From Saccharolobus solfataricus (GTDB taxonomy: Archaea > Thermoproteota > Thermoprotei_A > Sulfolobales > Sulfolobaceae): a DNA stretch of 32,000 nt. This document shows positions 18,058-27,900 of this stretch, in pieces. A model generated the notes under the pieces. That model was not told the DNA's origin and searched no databases. It saw only the letters and a list, made by a program, of their open reading frames with translations. How positions within the stretch are numbered: the stretch's first letter is position 1; each line of letters opens with the position of its first letter. The translations under genes and the position numbers were made by a program. The stretch is from assembly GCF_900079115.1 (NCBI RefSeq), contig NZ_LT549890.1, positions 2,580,001 to 2,612,000 on the forward strand, read 5' to 3'.

Positions 18058-18653
18058 GCTGCTCTTGGCGATAAGATTAAAATGCGTCTAATTACTAATA
18101 AGTAGTAAAATATTATCAACAATGCTACATATATGGCAAGATCAATATAGAAAGGTAAGGGAATAAGATAAACTAGTATCAATAACAATGGAATAAAATA
18201 GAATAACCCCCTATATTTTGAAACCCTAGAAGTTCTGTACTTGGGATATGATATTACATTGATGAAATTTGAGAGTACTACCAAATATATTAAGATAATG
18301 TATGGATCATAGGCGTCATTAAGATATCCCTCTAAACCATCTTGAACTCTCTTTATTTCGCCGACTTCAGTGTTACTATTAGTAAAGATTTTTACGATAT
18401 TTTCATATCCTCTCTTGAAAGCGACTAGTTGTGGTCTGCTTACAACAAAATTAAATATACTATACTGAAGATTAAAATTTTTAATCTCGCCTATCTTAGA
18501 ATTGTACTGATAGATCTCATAAGAATCTAACCCTTCACGTTTCAGCAGAAAGTTATAGTTACCCTCAACTCTTATCTGATTTCTTTCAACTTTAACAGTA
18601 CACAGTGTTAAACCTTCTGAACTTATTGTGCCATTAGAGTATTTAAATATCAT
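18048..18653 (-). CDS. hypothetical membrane protein (201 aa)
   Basis: It has a soluble N-terminal ~115 aa and then 2-3 hydrophobic helices. The gene is convergent with the coiled-coil gene, with a 10-nt 3' overlap. Confidence 0.6.
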   Translation of the reverse strand: MIFKYSNGTISSEGLTLCTVKVERNQIRVEGNYNFLLKREGLDSYEIYQYNSKIGEIKNFNLQYSIFNFVVSRPQLVAFKRGYENIVKIFTNSNTEVGEIKRVQDGLEGYLNDAYDPYIILIYLVVLSNFINVISYPKYRTSRVSKYRGLFYFIPLLLILVYLIPLPFYIDLAIYVALLIIFYYLLVIRRILILSPRAAHA

Positions 18654-19064
18654 TAAAAATCTACTAACTGTGCTAGAATATTAGCTTTCTCCTCTTCCTT
18701 GCGTAATTTAGGACATATTTTCTAGACAATAAGAACTTCTTACTCTTAAAATAAAAATAATACGCCTTGTAGACTTTTGGTAACCTAACATGGTAAAGAC
18801 GAGATTTATAACCCATGTAATAAAATAGCATTCTAGGATAATAAGGATTAGTTAGCATTGTGAGGATGACTATTTTTCCTATTTTAGACTGCTTTGTTGT
18901 TAAATTGAATACTTTTATATTAAATACTAATATATTTATTTCGATAGATGATCAGATATTTAATTTAGATCTGTAATAATCCTTAAATCCTTATAAAAAT
19001 TCGATAAATCTACAAAGTAACTTTAAACATAAACAATATAAACGATTATCCAAAAGGTAATACT

Positions 19065-19991
19065 ATGGCTTTAAACGAAAGAAGAGTAATAGCACTCATC
19101 TTAACTGTAGTATTAGCTGGAATAGCACTCGGCGGTGGTGTTTTCGTACTATCCAGCGTATTTAAGATAATACCTGCTGATTATCTACTCTATATTTACG
19201 CTGCAATTTGGTTTATAGTTGCGGTTATTGTTTCGTACTTTATAGGCTCTCTTATTAGGAATAGATTAGGAGATGTAATAGGTTACGATAACGCTAGCAG
19301 TATTTCATTTGTAGTTAGACTAATTGGATATATCATAGCATTCGTAGGATTCTTTGTACTAATTAGGGTAAGTTTGGGTACTGCGTTAGCTGCTGGTGGT
19401 TTCGCGGGATTAGTGTTAGGTTTAGCTGCCCAAGACGTTCTTGCCAACATATTCGGCGGGATAATGATAGTGATTTCTAGGCCATATAAGGTAGGAGACA
19501 GAGTGACGGTATCAACGTGGCAATATGGTTTATTAGCTCCAACCTATCCTCCAAAGTTCTTCTCTAATGATTTTTTGATCCCAGGTTACACCGGTACAGT
19601 AACAGACATTTCATTACTTTATACTACAATATTTACAGACGACCAGATTCCAGTAAAGATACCTAATAGTATAATGATTCAAGCTGCAATTTTCATTCAT
19701 AATGGGGAGGAGAAAAGGAAGGTCAGAACTAAGTATGAAGTCTCCAAGGATATAGATCCAGATGTTTTAATTAACGTTCTTAAGGAAAAAATAAAGAAAC
19801 TGGATTTCGTAATCGAAGAACCTTCAATTAAAGTGCTTGAAACTACATTAAACACATACATTTTAGGAATAGATACGATCTGTAAAACTATATATGAAGA
19901 ACCTCCAAGAAGCGAAATACAAAAAATAGTTATGAGGACAGTAAGAGAACTTCAAACTAAGACCGCAGCTGCCAGTGACTATAATAGATAA
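19065..19991 (+). CDS. small-conductance mechanosensitive channel (MscS family)
   Basis: Three N-terminal TM segments are followed by the MscS pore and beta-domain signature LAAQDVLANIFGGIMIVISRPYKVGDRV. Confidence 0.85.
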   Translation: MALNERRVIALILTVVLAGIALGGGVFVLSSVFKIIPADYLLYIYAAIWFIVAVIVSYFIGSLIRNRLGDVIGYDNASSISFVVRLIGYIIAFVGFFVLIRVSLGTALAAGGFAGLVLGLAAQDVLANIFGGIMIVISRPYKVGDRVTVSTWQYGLLAPTYPPKFFSNDFLIPGYTGTVTDISLLYTTIFTDDQIPVKIPNSIMIQAAIFIHNGEEKRKVRTKYEVSKDIDPDVLINVLKEKIKKLDFVIEEPSIKVLETTLNTYILGIDTICKTIYEEPPRSEIQKIVMRTVRELQTKTAAASDYNR

Positions 19992-20017
19992 AAGGGCTCT
20001 ACTTAATATTTTACCAA

Positions 20018-21250
20018 ATGTTTACGATAAGAAATGCAAAACTGCTAGATGGAAGGATTGTAGATGTTGGAATAGAAGGCGAGAAGATAGTTTGTCTAGG
20101 GGAATGTGAAGATAATGACGAATTAATAGATGCTGAAAATAAATTAGTAATCCCACCATACTTTAACATGCACTTCCATTTAGATAGTGCTTTTACTAAA
20201 GCTGTAAATAAAAGCGGTACATTATGGGAAGGAATAAGGATATGGCAAGATATAAGGAATAAGATAAGCGAGGATGAGGTAGTTAGAAACGCGCTAACTG
20301 CGGTAAAACTATTCGTGGCATACGGTACTCTTTGGATAAGGTCACACGTTGACATTACTGAGAGATCCTTCAAACTATTAAGAGCTATAAATAGGGTTAA
20401 GGATGAGAGTAGGGATATAGCTGATATACAAATTACCGCATTCCCCCAAGACGGGATATTTACCGAAAAGGGGAATGACGAACTTCTTAGAAAGGCTTTA
20501 GAAAATGGCGCAGACAATGTTGGGTTAATTCCTCACAATGAAATTACTAGAGAGGATGGTTTCAAGTCAATTAAATATGCATTTGAGCTAGCCAAGGAAT
20601 ATAATAAGGACGTTGATGGACATATCGATGAAACCGATGATCCCAATTCAAGATATTTAGAAGTGTTGGCAAAGGAAACAATAAATAATGAATGGTACGG
20701 AAGAGTTACCGCTGGTCATGTTACTGCGATGCATAGTTGGGATTCAGCATATAGGTTCAGAATTTTACCGTACGTTGCGAGGGCTGGAATAACTGTAGTG
20801 CCAAATCCTTTGATAAACGTTGTTCTCCAAGGGAGATTTGATGGGTATCCTAAAAGGAGAGGAATGGCTCCCATAAAGGAAATGCTATATGCAAACGTTA
20901 ACGTTACATTAGGTCATGATTGTATTATGGACCCTTGGTATCCCTTAGGAATAGGAAATATGTTACAAGTTCTCTTTATGGCTATCCATTTGGATCAAAT
21001 GATGGGTATTAACGAGTTGGTTTCCTCAATCAACTTGATAACTTTTAATGGAGCTAAAGCTTGGAGAGTAAAGAACTATGGGATTGAAGTTGGTAATGAG
21101 GCGAATTTGCTAGTAACTGATGCTGATGACGTTATAGATTTGATTCGTTTCATGTGGCCTCCTAGATTTGTGATAAGGAAGGGAAAGGTGATAGCTAAGG
21201 AAGGTAAGTACGTCCTATTCAAAGGCAAATGGGAGAGGATAAAAGGTTGA
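20018..21250 (+). CDS. amidohydrolase-superfamily enzyme, cytosine deaminase-like
   Basis: Metal ligand pattern: HFHLD (HxH), GHIDE, GHVTAMH and HDCIMDPWYP. Confidence 0.85.
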   Translation: MFTIRNAKLLDGRIVDVGIEGEKIVCLGECEDNDELIDAENKLVIPPYFNMHFHLDSAFTKAVNKSGTLWEGIRIWQDIRNKISEDEVVRNALTAVKLFVAYGTLWIRSHVDITERSFKLLRAINRVKDESRDIADIQITAFPQDGIFTEKGNDELLRKALENGADNVGLIPHNEITREDGFKSIKYAFELAKEYNKDVDGHIDETDDPNSRYLEVLAKETINNEWYGRVTAGHVTAMHSWDSAYRFRILPYVARAGITVVPNPLINVVLQGRFDGYPKRRGMAPIKEMLYANVNVTLGHDCIMDPWYPLGIGNMLQVLFMAIHLDQMMGINELVSSINLITFNGAKAWRVKNYGIEVGNEANLLVTDADDVIDLIRFMWPPRFVIRKGKVIAKEGKYVLFKGKWERIKG

Positions 21251-21287
21251 GTTATAGTTTTATTAACTTACTTTCATAATTCGGATT

Positions 21288-21914
21288 ATGGATGTGAGTG
21301 TATTCCTTGCCGCATTAGGAATATCCCTTCTTGAACTAACTGAAGCTGGTGCAATAGCTGCAATATATCATAATATTTACAAGAACAATTTACCATTTAT
21401 TTACGCCGTATTGGGTGTTGCTATCGTTCTCATACCAACGTTTACTTTAGGTAAGTTAATTTATTTGGTTCCCTTAAATTACGTACTTTTAGCATCAGCG
21501 GTGATTCTATTCTATTTTGGTTATAGACTGATAAGGAGTGCAAGGAGATCTTTTAAAGGGATTAAGAAGAAGGGAGGAGAAGAAAAGGAAGAGGGATTAT
21601 CTGTGGTATTTACAGTTTCTGCGATTGAAGGACTGGAAGCATCATTAGTCATTTTAGCCCTTATACCTCAAAGTTATTCATCAGCAGTAATGGGTGCAAT
21701 ACTAGCTTCAGTTTTAGTGGTTATCTTAACGGCAATACTAAAATCGCAAGTGGCTAGAATTAGATTACCTCATTTGAAATTCGTTCTCTCTGCGTTACTC
21801 TTTAGCTTAGGTACCTTATGGATAAGTGAAGTTGTCTTTGACATACCAGATCTTATACTACCATTATTCTTCCTAGCCTATTTGGGAATAAATTACGTTA
21901 TAATAAAGATTTAA
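21288..21914 (+). CDS. integral membrane protein (about 6 TM, two-fold internal repeat)
   Basis: 208-aa ORF. Two hydrophobic halves are separated by a charged loop ([11 protein letters not shown]), and each half starts with an E-containing helix (LELTEAG / IEGLEAS). The family is not identified. Confidence 0.7.
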   Translation: MDVSVFLAALGISLLELTEAGAIAAIYHNIYKNNLPFIYAVLGVAIVLIPTFTLGKLIYLVPLNYVLLASAVILFYFGYRLIRSARRSFKGIKKKGGEEKEEGLSVVFTVSAIEGLEASLVILALIPQSYSSAVMGAILASVLVVILTAILKSQVARIRLPHLKFVLSALLFSLGTLWISEVVFDIPDLILPLFFLAYLGINYVIIKI

Positions 21915-21919
21915 TAATT

Positions 21920-22834
21920 TTATTCTTCTTTTACTAAATAATTCCTTAACACTCCTATCTTGCTTATCTCCGCCTCAATTGTATCGCCCGGTTTCAAGAA
22001 TTTTCCAGTAGCTAATCCAACTCCAGGCGGAGTTCCAGTAGATATTATATCTCCAGGTTTTAATGTTATACCATTTGACAAATACTCGATTATCTCATCA
22101 ATCTTAAATATCATGTCCTCAGCGTAAGCGTCTTGCCTAACTTCCCCGTTAACTCTTAAAGTCAACCTCAATTCATAAGGGTTTGGAATTTCATCCTTGG
22201 TAACTATCCACGGTCCCATTGGTGCTCCAGTGTCCATACCCTTACCGTGAACCCACCTCATACCATAGGGCATTTCTGATGGAAATTGTCTATCCCTATA
22301 ACTAATATCGTTGAACACTGTATAACCAAATACGTAATCAAACGCTCTTTCTCTCTTTACATACTTCCCTTGTTTCCCAATTATAACTCCTAGCTCAATT
22401 TCGTAATCAACCTTATTTGATGCTTTCGGATACAGTATAGGTTGATTATGACCGATTAACGCGTTTGAGAACTTAGTAAAAATGTAAGGTTCCTTTGGAG
22501 GTTCATTATTAGTCTCCTTGCCGTGAGCCTTGTAATTAACAGCCAAGAGGAAAATCTTCTCTGGATTAGTAATAGGTGGATAATAGAAAATCTTCTCTGG
22601 ATCATAAGACACTTTGTCCTCCTTACCCCTTAAACTATCCAAAACACTCTTTATCAGTAAGATTGAGCCATTTCCACCTTCAATTAAATCCTTAGTATCG
22701 TAAAACCAATTTGGGGGCTTAGCGTCATATAATAGTTCATAAGCCTTTACTAGGTCAATGACCCTACCGTTCTCATAAACACCAACTCTCTTAAATTCGT
22801 TAGGATTTGGAGAGAATAATAGGATTTTAACCAT
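21920..22834 (-). CDS. fumarylacetoacetate hydrolase (FAH) family protein
   Basis: The C-terminal FAH fold motifs are present ([23 protein letters not shown]). Confidence 0.85.
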   Translation of the reverse strand: MVKILLFSPNPNEFKRVGVYENGRVIDLVKAYELLYDAKPPNWFYDTKDLIEGGNGSILLIKSVLDSLRGKEDKVSYDPEKIFYYPPITNPEKIFLLAVNYKAHGKETNNEPPKEPYIFTKFSNALIGHNQPILYPKASNKVDYEIELGVIIGKQGKYVKRERAFDYVFGYTVFNDISYRDRQFPSEMPYGMRWVHGKGMDTGAPMGPWIVTKDEIPNPYELRLTLRVNGEVRQDAYAEDMIFKIDEIIEYLSNGITLKPGDIISTGTPPGVGLATGKFLKPGDTIEAEISKIGVLRNYLVKEE

Positions 22835-22865
22835 AGGTAAAACTCCTTATTTTTAATATAAATAA

Positions 22866-24461
22866 CTATCTTTTCATTAACAATCTAGAAGGTATACTAT
22901 TAGGGCTAACGTGAACTCTTAGAACTGTTGGACTCTTGAGAGATAATCCAACGGCCTCTTCTACACTTTTCTTAAGGTCTTTCCTATCCTTAACCTCAAT
23001 TACGTTAACCCCAATCCCTTCCACAACCTTAGTGTAATCTATTTGAAATACATCAGTTGTAAAAGTATTTCCATATCTCATTTTCTGATTTAACCTTAGG
23101 AAGTGCTGTACACCATCCTCTACTAAAACTGTTAAGAAGTTGATCTTATACTGTGCTGCAGTAATTAGTTCATTAAAACATCCTTGAAATCCTAGATCTC
23201 CTATAATACTCACTATTTGCCTCTCTGGAGATGCAATTTTACCCCCTATGCTAGCTGGAATAGCAGATCCCATTGCGTTAAAGATAAGCGAATTAAAGTA
23301 TGAGTTCGGTTTATACACTTTTATATCCATTGCCATAACTTGATTTGTCCCTGCATCAGAGATGATAACCCTATCTTCACTTAACGTCTCATCTAAAACT
23401 TTAGCTAAGTAATCATGAGTTATTTCACTTGTGTTATCAACTATATCGCTGTTCTTTTCCTCCACTTTATAACTCCATTTAGGCAAATTAACCTTCTCAA
23501 CGATCTCCTCTAGAAAAGCTTCGGCACTTGCTTTTATAGTAACTTCTGCATTTATTGAGGTGTTAAATACGTTAACGTCCGGATCCACGTGAAGTATCCT
23601 ATCCGGCAATTTAATGCTCCATCTACTAGTTTCGAGATCGTTAAATGATGTCCCTAGTGCTATGAGGCAATCCCCTGGTATCTCCTTGAGGTTAAATATT
23701 GTTCCAGCATATAAGGGATGATTCTCCGGAATGCTTCCCTTACCCCTTATTGTGGTGAATACGGGAATCCCTAATTTTTCAATGTAGTTCAAGATGTTCG
23801 ATCTAGACGCACCATAACCTAATAGTAGAATTGGTTTAGAACACTCACTCAAGAAATTTAACGCTTCCCTTACTTCCTCTTTCGTAGGATAAATTAATGT
23901 TCTATTAACCTTCTTAATCTTATAATTCTCAAAATCACCTTTCTCTTCCAATACATCGACCGGAACCTCAATGTAAACCGGTCCCATCTTATCTTCGAGA
24001 GCTATTTTAAAAGCCCTTTCCATTATAATTGGCACATCTTCTGGAGAGTAAATTCTAAATGATGCCTTAGTTGCTTGTCTGGCCATTTCTAACTGTAAGT
24101 CGTAATAGCCAGAATCGTGAAGTTGTCTCCTATGTCTATATTTAAATTCCTTATTGAGGGAGATAAGGACAAGAGGAGAACCTTCAGAATAAGCGCCGAC
24201 CAGAGCAGTTAAAGAATTAGTAAAGCCAGGACCATTTACTGATAAGAAAACTCCCACATTTCCCTTTAATCTAGCATAATAGTCTGCCATTATTGCCCCT
24301 CCGTATTCTAATCTAGGCATATAGTATCTAATTTCCCCTCTACTTACCCTTTTTCTGAGCTCCTCGTATAATGATAAACCATGGGTTCCAGGTATCCCGA
24401 ATACGTCGGTAACTTGAGAAGAAATCGTATCAATTAGAAGCTCGGACGTAGTTTTGCCCAT
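22866..24461 (-). CDS. thiamine-diphosphate enzyme of the acetolactate synthase large-subunit family
   Basis: 531-aa ORF with three-domain ThDP enzyme organisation. The ThDP motif is IGDLGFQGCFNEL...VEDG. Confidence 0.85.
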   Translation of the reverse strand: MGKTTSELLIDTISSQVTDVFGIPGTHGLSLYEELRKRVSRGEIRYYMPRLEYGGAIMADYYARLKGNVGVFLSVNGPGFTNSLTALVGAYSEGSPLVLISLNKEFKYRHRRQLHDSGYYDLQLEMARQATKASFRIYSPEDVPIIMERAFKIALEDKMGPVYIEVPVDVLEEKGDFENYKIKKVNRTLIYPTKEEVREALNFLSECSKPILLLGYGASRSNILNYIEKLGIPVFTTIRGKGSIPENHPLYAGTIFNLKEIPGDCLIALGTSFNDLETSRWSIKLPDRILHVDPDVNVFNTSINAEVTIKASAEAFLEEIVEKVNLPKWSYKVEEKNSDIVDNTSEITHDYLAKVLDETLSEDRVIISDAGTNQVMAMDIKVYKPNSYFNSLIFNAMGSAIPASIGGKIASPERQIVSIIGDLGFQGCFNELITAAQYKINFLTVLVEDGVQHFLRLNQKMRYGNTFTTDVFQIDYTKVVEGIGVNVIEVKDRKDLKKSVEEAVGLSLKSPTVLRVHVSPNSIPSRLLMKR

Positions 24462-24486
24462 AAATTATTTTTATAATCCCTATAAA

Positions 24487-25536
24487 TTAATCTAATGCTT
24501 TTCGAATCAAGTAATTATAATATTTCTCAGAACTCTTGTCCCAATCATAATTTAAAGACTCTTCATAACTACTTTTCCATAGTTCCTTAATCCTTTTCTC
24601 ATCCTCTATTAACTCATTTATGATCTTACTCATCGCTTCAATATCCTTATAATTTACTATATACCCATTTACACCATTCTTTATGATTTCCGGCAAAGAT
24701 CCCTTATTATAGGCAATTACCGGGGTTCCACATGCATTAGCCTCGACTGTAACCATACTCCAACCCTCTATGAATGAGGTTACTATTACAATCCACGCTG
24801 ACTGATATAGTCTTATCTTATCCTCCTCACTAACCCTCCCAAGATATTCACCATTAATAGTCTTGATTTTCTGCACTACTTCATTTTCTAGATCTCCTCC
24901 CCCAGCCATAACCAGTTTAGCCTTGACTCTCTTAGCAACGTCGATTGCATCTAATGGGTTCTTATATTTCTTTAATCTTCCTATCCAAAGTATAGTTGGC
25001 TCGCTTGCTTTCTTGCCCGGTCTGTAAATGTTATGATCAATTCCATTATGAATAACCTCTATCCTATCCTCTTTAGCCTTCAGCCTCTCCACCAAATCCC
25101 TTTTAGTGGTGTTAGAAACTGCAATAATACTCTTATAATTGCTTACACTCCGCTCAGAAAAAGCTACAGCCCTAGCCATGATTGGGTTTAACTCGTATTT
25201 TACTACATCTTGATGGACGTGATGGACTAATGCAATTGCATTCTTATTTACTAGATATGAATAGAACGGTACAGCATGGGCAACACTGTCAATTACAATC
25301 TCATGTCTCCTTGCTTCTATTGGTGCATAAAGATGTAAGGTAATTGAATTTCCTCTCCTTATTATTCTGATATTTTCAATTTCCTCCTCCTTAGGTAATC
25401 CCTTTATCTCTTCAGAAAGCCACGTCACGCTAACTCCTTTCTTAACCAATCTCCTAGATATCTCGTAAATTACTTGTTCAGCTCCTCCAGCCTTCCTGTG
25501 CCTTAGATCTCTGTGATTAGTTATTAATAAATCCAC
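24487..25536 (-). CDS. GT4-family glycosyltransferase
   Basis: Carries EGWSMVTVEANACGTPVIAYNKGSLPEII, the GT-B/GT4 E-x7-E region. Confidence 0.85.
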   Translation of the reverse strand: MDLLITNHRDLRHRKAGGAEQVIYEISRRLVKKGVSVTWLSEEIKGLPKEEEIENIRIIRRGNSITLHLYAPIEARRHEIVIDSVAHAVPFYSYLVNKNAIALVHHVHQDVVKYELNPIMARAVAFSERSVSNYKSIIAVSNTTKRDLVERLKAKEDRIEVIHNGIDHNIYRPGKKASEPTILWIGRLKKYKNPLDAIDVAKRVKAKLVMAGGGDLENEVVQKIKTINGEYLGRVSEEDKIRLYQSAWIVIVTSFIEGWSMVTVEANACGTPVIAYNKGSLPEIIKNGVNGYIVNYKDIEAMSKIINELIEDEKRIKELWKSSYEESLNYDWDKSSEKYYNYLIRKALD

Positions 25537-25553
25537 ATTTGAAAATCAAAAAC

Positions 25554-25823
25554 CTATCCATATTTATAGCTTATACCTCCTTCTGGGAAATGAAACTTTA
25601 TTGCACCATATGGGCAAGCTACTAATGCCGCACCGCATTCTAAGCATCTCTCATAGTGTACCACAATTCTTCCATCGGGAGAAGGCTCATACGTTCCAGC
25701 AGGGCAAACTTTAGTGCAAGGCTTATCTTTGCAAGTTAAACATATATCAGTATTTACCTCTATATGGGTGGTCTTATCTACATTATACTTATTTAAAGAC
25801 AACCTTTTCAGAAGATCCATCAT
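25554..25823 (-). CDS. fixX: FixX-type ferredoxin-like protein
   Basis: 89-aa ORF with the Cys pattern CLTCKDKPCTKVCP...CLECGAALVACP. It overlaps the upstream fixC-like gene by 4 nt. Confidence 0.8.
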   Translation of the reverse strand: MMDLLKRLSLNKYNVDKTTHIEVNTDICLTCKDKPCTKVCPAGTYEPSPDGRIVVHYERCLECGAALVACPYGAIKFHFPEGGISYKYG

Positions 25824-27043
25824 ATAAATAACCTCATGATATCAGTTAGCATTTTCGTAGTATTTACGTTTTCGCTTTTACTTTCTTTAATTAAGACGTT
25901 TATAGGCCTCTCCTTTCCATCACTTGTTACTGTAAACAATTGGCCCAGCACATTACAAATGACCTTAGGATATTTAGTGAAAATCTCCTCCTCATTTAAT
26001 ACGCTAAAAGACCTTAAGGCGGTCTTCATATCCTTTAGTACGAAAGATTCTTTGAGCATCTCGTAATAGATATCAGTTCTACTATAATCGTTAAGCTCCT
26101 TAATCTTCTTAGCTGACTTTCCAGCAATAATTCCAGAGCCCATTGCTAAATCCATTCCTCTAATGTTGAATCCGTCGTTTATTAGAAATCCAGCTGCATC
26201 GCCTACTAAAATTAAATTCTTATCGTAGATTTTACCTATCTTATCATAACCGTAATATGGAATCAAGTGTGCAGAGTATTCTAGGATACTCCCGCTTAAG
26301 CCCAACGACTCTCTAAATCTCTCTACAATTTCATGCGAAGGTATATTAGAATTATATAACGACTCAACTTTTATCGTAACGCCTACGGATAATGTATCTT
26401 TATTAGTGTAAACGAAACCTCCTCCTTTCAAATTTCCTATCAATCCCACTATGGTTCTAGCCTCACCCTCATCATCATCCATATCGGGTTTAATGTCTAA
26501 TACCTCTTTAACTCCTAACATTAACGTCTTGGGCTCTAATTTTTTAACTCCTAAGAATCTGGAGACTGGAGCTGTAATTCCACCAGCATCTATAACTAAA
26601 GGTGCCTTAAGTTCACCTCTATTAGTCTCTATTACCACATAATCGTTTTCCCGCCTAGCATTAGTAACCAGTGTTGAATAAGATATTAAAACTCCCTCAT
26701 TTTCAGCCTCTTTAGCTAGCCATTGGTCAAATTTAGCCCTCAATACAGTATAGCTATTTCTAGTTTTATGCCGGAACGAAAAAGTAATCTTTTTTTCTTC
26801 TTCACAATAGATCTCGTAAGTTTCATTAGTTACCGGTCTCTCTAATGGTGCTCTCTCCAGTGCATCGGGAAATAATTGTAATAATGCGTGAGTGTACATT
26901 CTTCCTCCAGAAACGTTCTTACTTCCAGAATATTCTCCTCTTTCTAATACAATAGTTGATAATCCCTCTCTGTTTGCAGTAATAGCAGCGGAAAGCCCAG
27001 CTAGTCCTCCACCTACTATTATAACATCAGCGTCGAAGCTCAC
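25820..27043 (-). CDS. fixC: FixC-type FAD-dependent oxidoreductase (ETF-quinone oxidoreductase-like)
   Basis: Carries the N-terminal DVIIVGGGLAGLSAA motif and has a length and C-terminal region typical of FixC. It is coupled to fixX. Confidence 0.8.
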   Translation of the reverse strand: MSFDADVIIVGGGLAGLSAAITANREGLSTIVLERGEYSGSKNVSGGRMYTHALLQLFPDALERAPLERPVTNETYEIYCEEEKKITFSFRHKTRNSYTVLRAKFDQWLAKEAENEGVLISYSTLVTNARRENDYVVIETNRGELKAPLVIDAGGITAPVSRFLGVKKLEPKTLMLGVKEVLDIKPDMDDDEGEARTIVGLIGNLKGGGFVYTNKDTLSVGVTIKVESLYNSNIPSHEIVERFRESLGLSGSILEYSAHLIPYYGYDKIGKIYDKNLILVGDAAGFLINDGFNIRGMDLAMGSGIIAGKSAKKIKELNDYSRTDIYYEMLKESFVLKDMKTALRSFSVLNEEEIFTKYPKVICNVLGQLFTVTSDGKERPINVLIKESKSENVNTTKMLTDIMRLFI

Positions 27044-27062
27044 AATATTATATTTTGAAAGG

Positions 27063-27419
27063 TCATATATATGTGTTTGGCTTTCCTATATTTACTTTTT
27101 TTATCATGTTTAATAATATTTCATTTCCGTTACTAATTATGTATAGGGTATGGAGTATTAACGCTTTTAATTTGTTTTCCCTACATATTCTCATTTCTTC
27201 CATACTTCTCTTAACCATGTCCATAAATGGCGAATCGTCTCTGTGTAAAAAATCGTTACTACTTTTAAATTCCTTTATTTCTTTCTCTATTTCAGCTAAC
27301 AAGTCTATTATCTTATCTTGGTCCTCATAGTCCTTTGCTATTAATAATAACTCATTACCAGCTTCAATCACATTACCTTCATTAAGTTTATCAATAACCG
27401 CTACCAGCTTTCCAAACAT
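27063..27419 (-). CDS. hypothetical protein (118 aa)
   Basis: Complete acidic, helical-looking ORF with its own TATA-like box and a motif shared with the AKR promoter. Confidence 0.55.
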   Translation of the reverse strand: MFGKLVAVIDKLNEGNVIEAGNELLLIAKDYEDQDKIIDLLAEIEKEIKEFKSSNDFLHRDDSPFMDMVKRSMEEMRICRENKLKALILHTLYIISNGNEILLNMIKKVNIGKPNTYI

Positions 27420-27432
27420 AAAAAATAACTCG

Positions 27433-27450
27433 AATTCGTTCCTTATTTAC
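27433..27450 (-). promoter_or_regulatory. TATA-like box plus conserved AAGGAACGAATT motif upstream of the 118-aa ORF
   Basis: On the coding strand the sequence reads gtaaataAGGAACGAATT, followed by 13 nt and then the ATG at 27419. The 12-mer is identical to the one upstream of the AKR gene. Confidence 0.4.
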
Positions 27451-27866
27451 TTAACTACTACTACGGGAACCTTAGACTCCTGGACAATTTTATTCGATAC
27501 ACTACCTAGGAATATGCGTTGAACCTTTGATAACCCTCTACTCCCAATTACTATTACGTCAATTTGGTTATCTGTAGCAAACTGTAAAATGGAATTTGCA
27601 GGATCTCCTTCTACCGTTATACCTTCAGCGTTGACGCCTTTACTTTTAGCTTTTTCTATCGCTCTTTTAACGTCCTTTTTAGCCCTTTCCTCCAAGCTCT
27701 TAGTAGCTTCCAATGGTGGTAGTATCCCAGTGTTATAAAATAATGTAAGGTCTATCACTTCTACTACAAAAAGCCTAGCGGAAAACTTGCTAGCTAATTC
27801 TATCGCAAAATCTAAAGCCCTTTCTGCGTTTTCCGAACCATCATAACCTACTAAGATTCTCTTCAT
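27447..27866 (-). CDS. universal stress protein (UspA family)
   Basis: Carries ILVGYDGSENAERAL and VIGSRGLS...GSVSNKIV...PVVVV. Confidence 0.88.
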   Translation of the reverse strand: MKRILVGYDGSENAERALDFAIELASKFSARLFVVEVIDLTLFYNTGILPPLEATKSLEERAKKDVKRAIEKAKSKGVNAEGITVEGDPANSILQFATDNQIDVIVIGSRGLSKVQRIFLGSVSNKIVQESKVPVVVVK

Positions 27867-27900
27867 AGATACTTATTTGATTATATAATTTTAAAATTAA

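Noticed and set aside
18673-18858. 61-aa highly basic, aromatic ORF in the long intergenic region.
   Set aside because: Its composition (Y/K/R/F) is what AT-rich non-coding DNA yields. No motif or coupling to a neighbour is seen. It cannot be fully excluded.
20011-20517. 168-aa minus-strand ORF.
   Set aside because: It lies completely inside, and antisense to, the amidohydrolase gene, whose metal-ligand motifs are intact. The translation is Ser/Leu-rich and low-complexity.
25836-27330. + strand ORFs (63-91 aa) opposite fixC and the 118-aa gene.
   Set aside because: They are antisense shadows of better-supported minus-strand CDSs.
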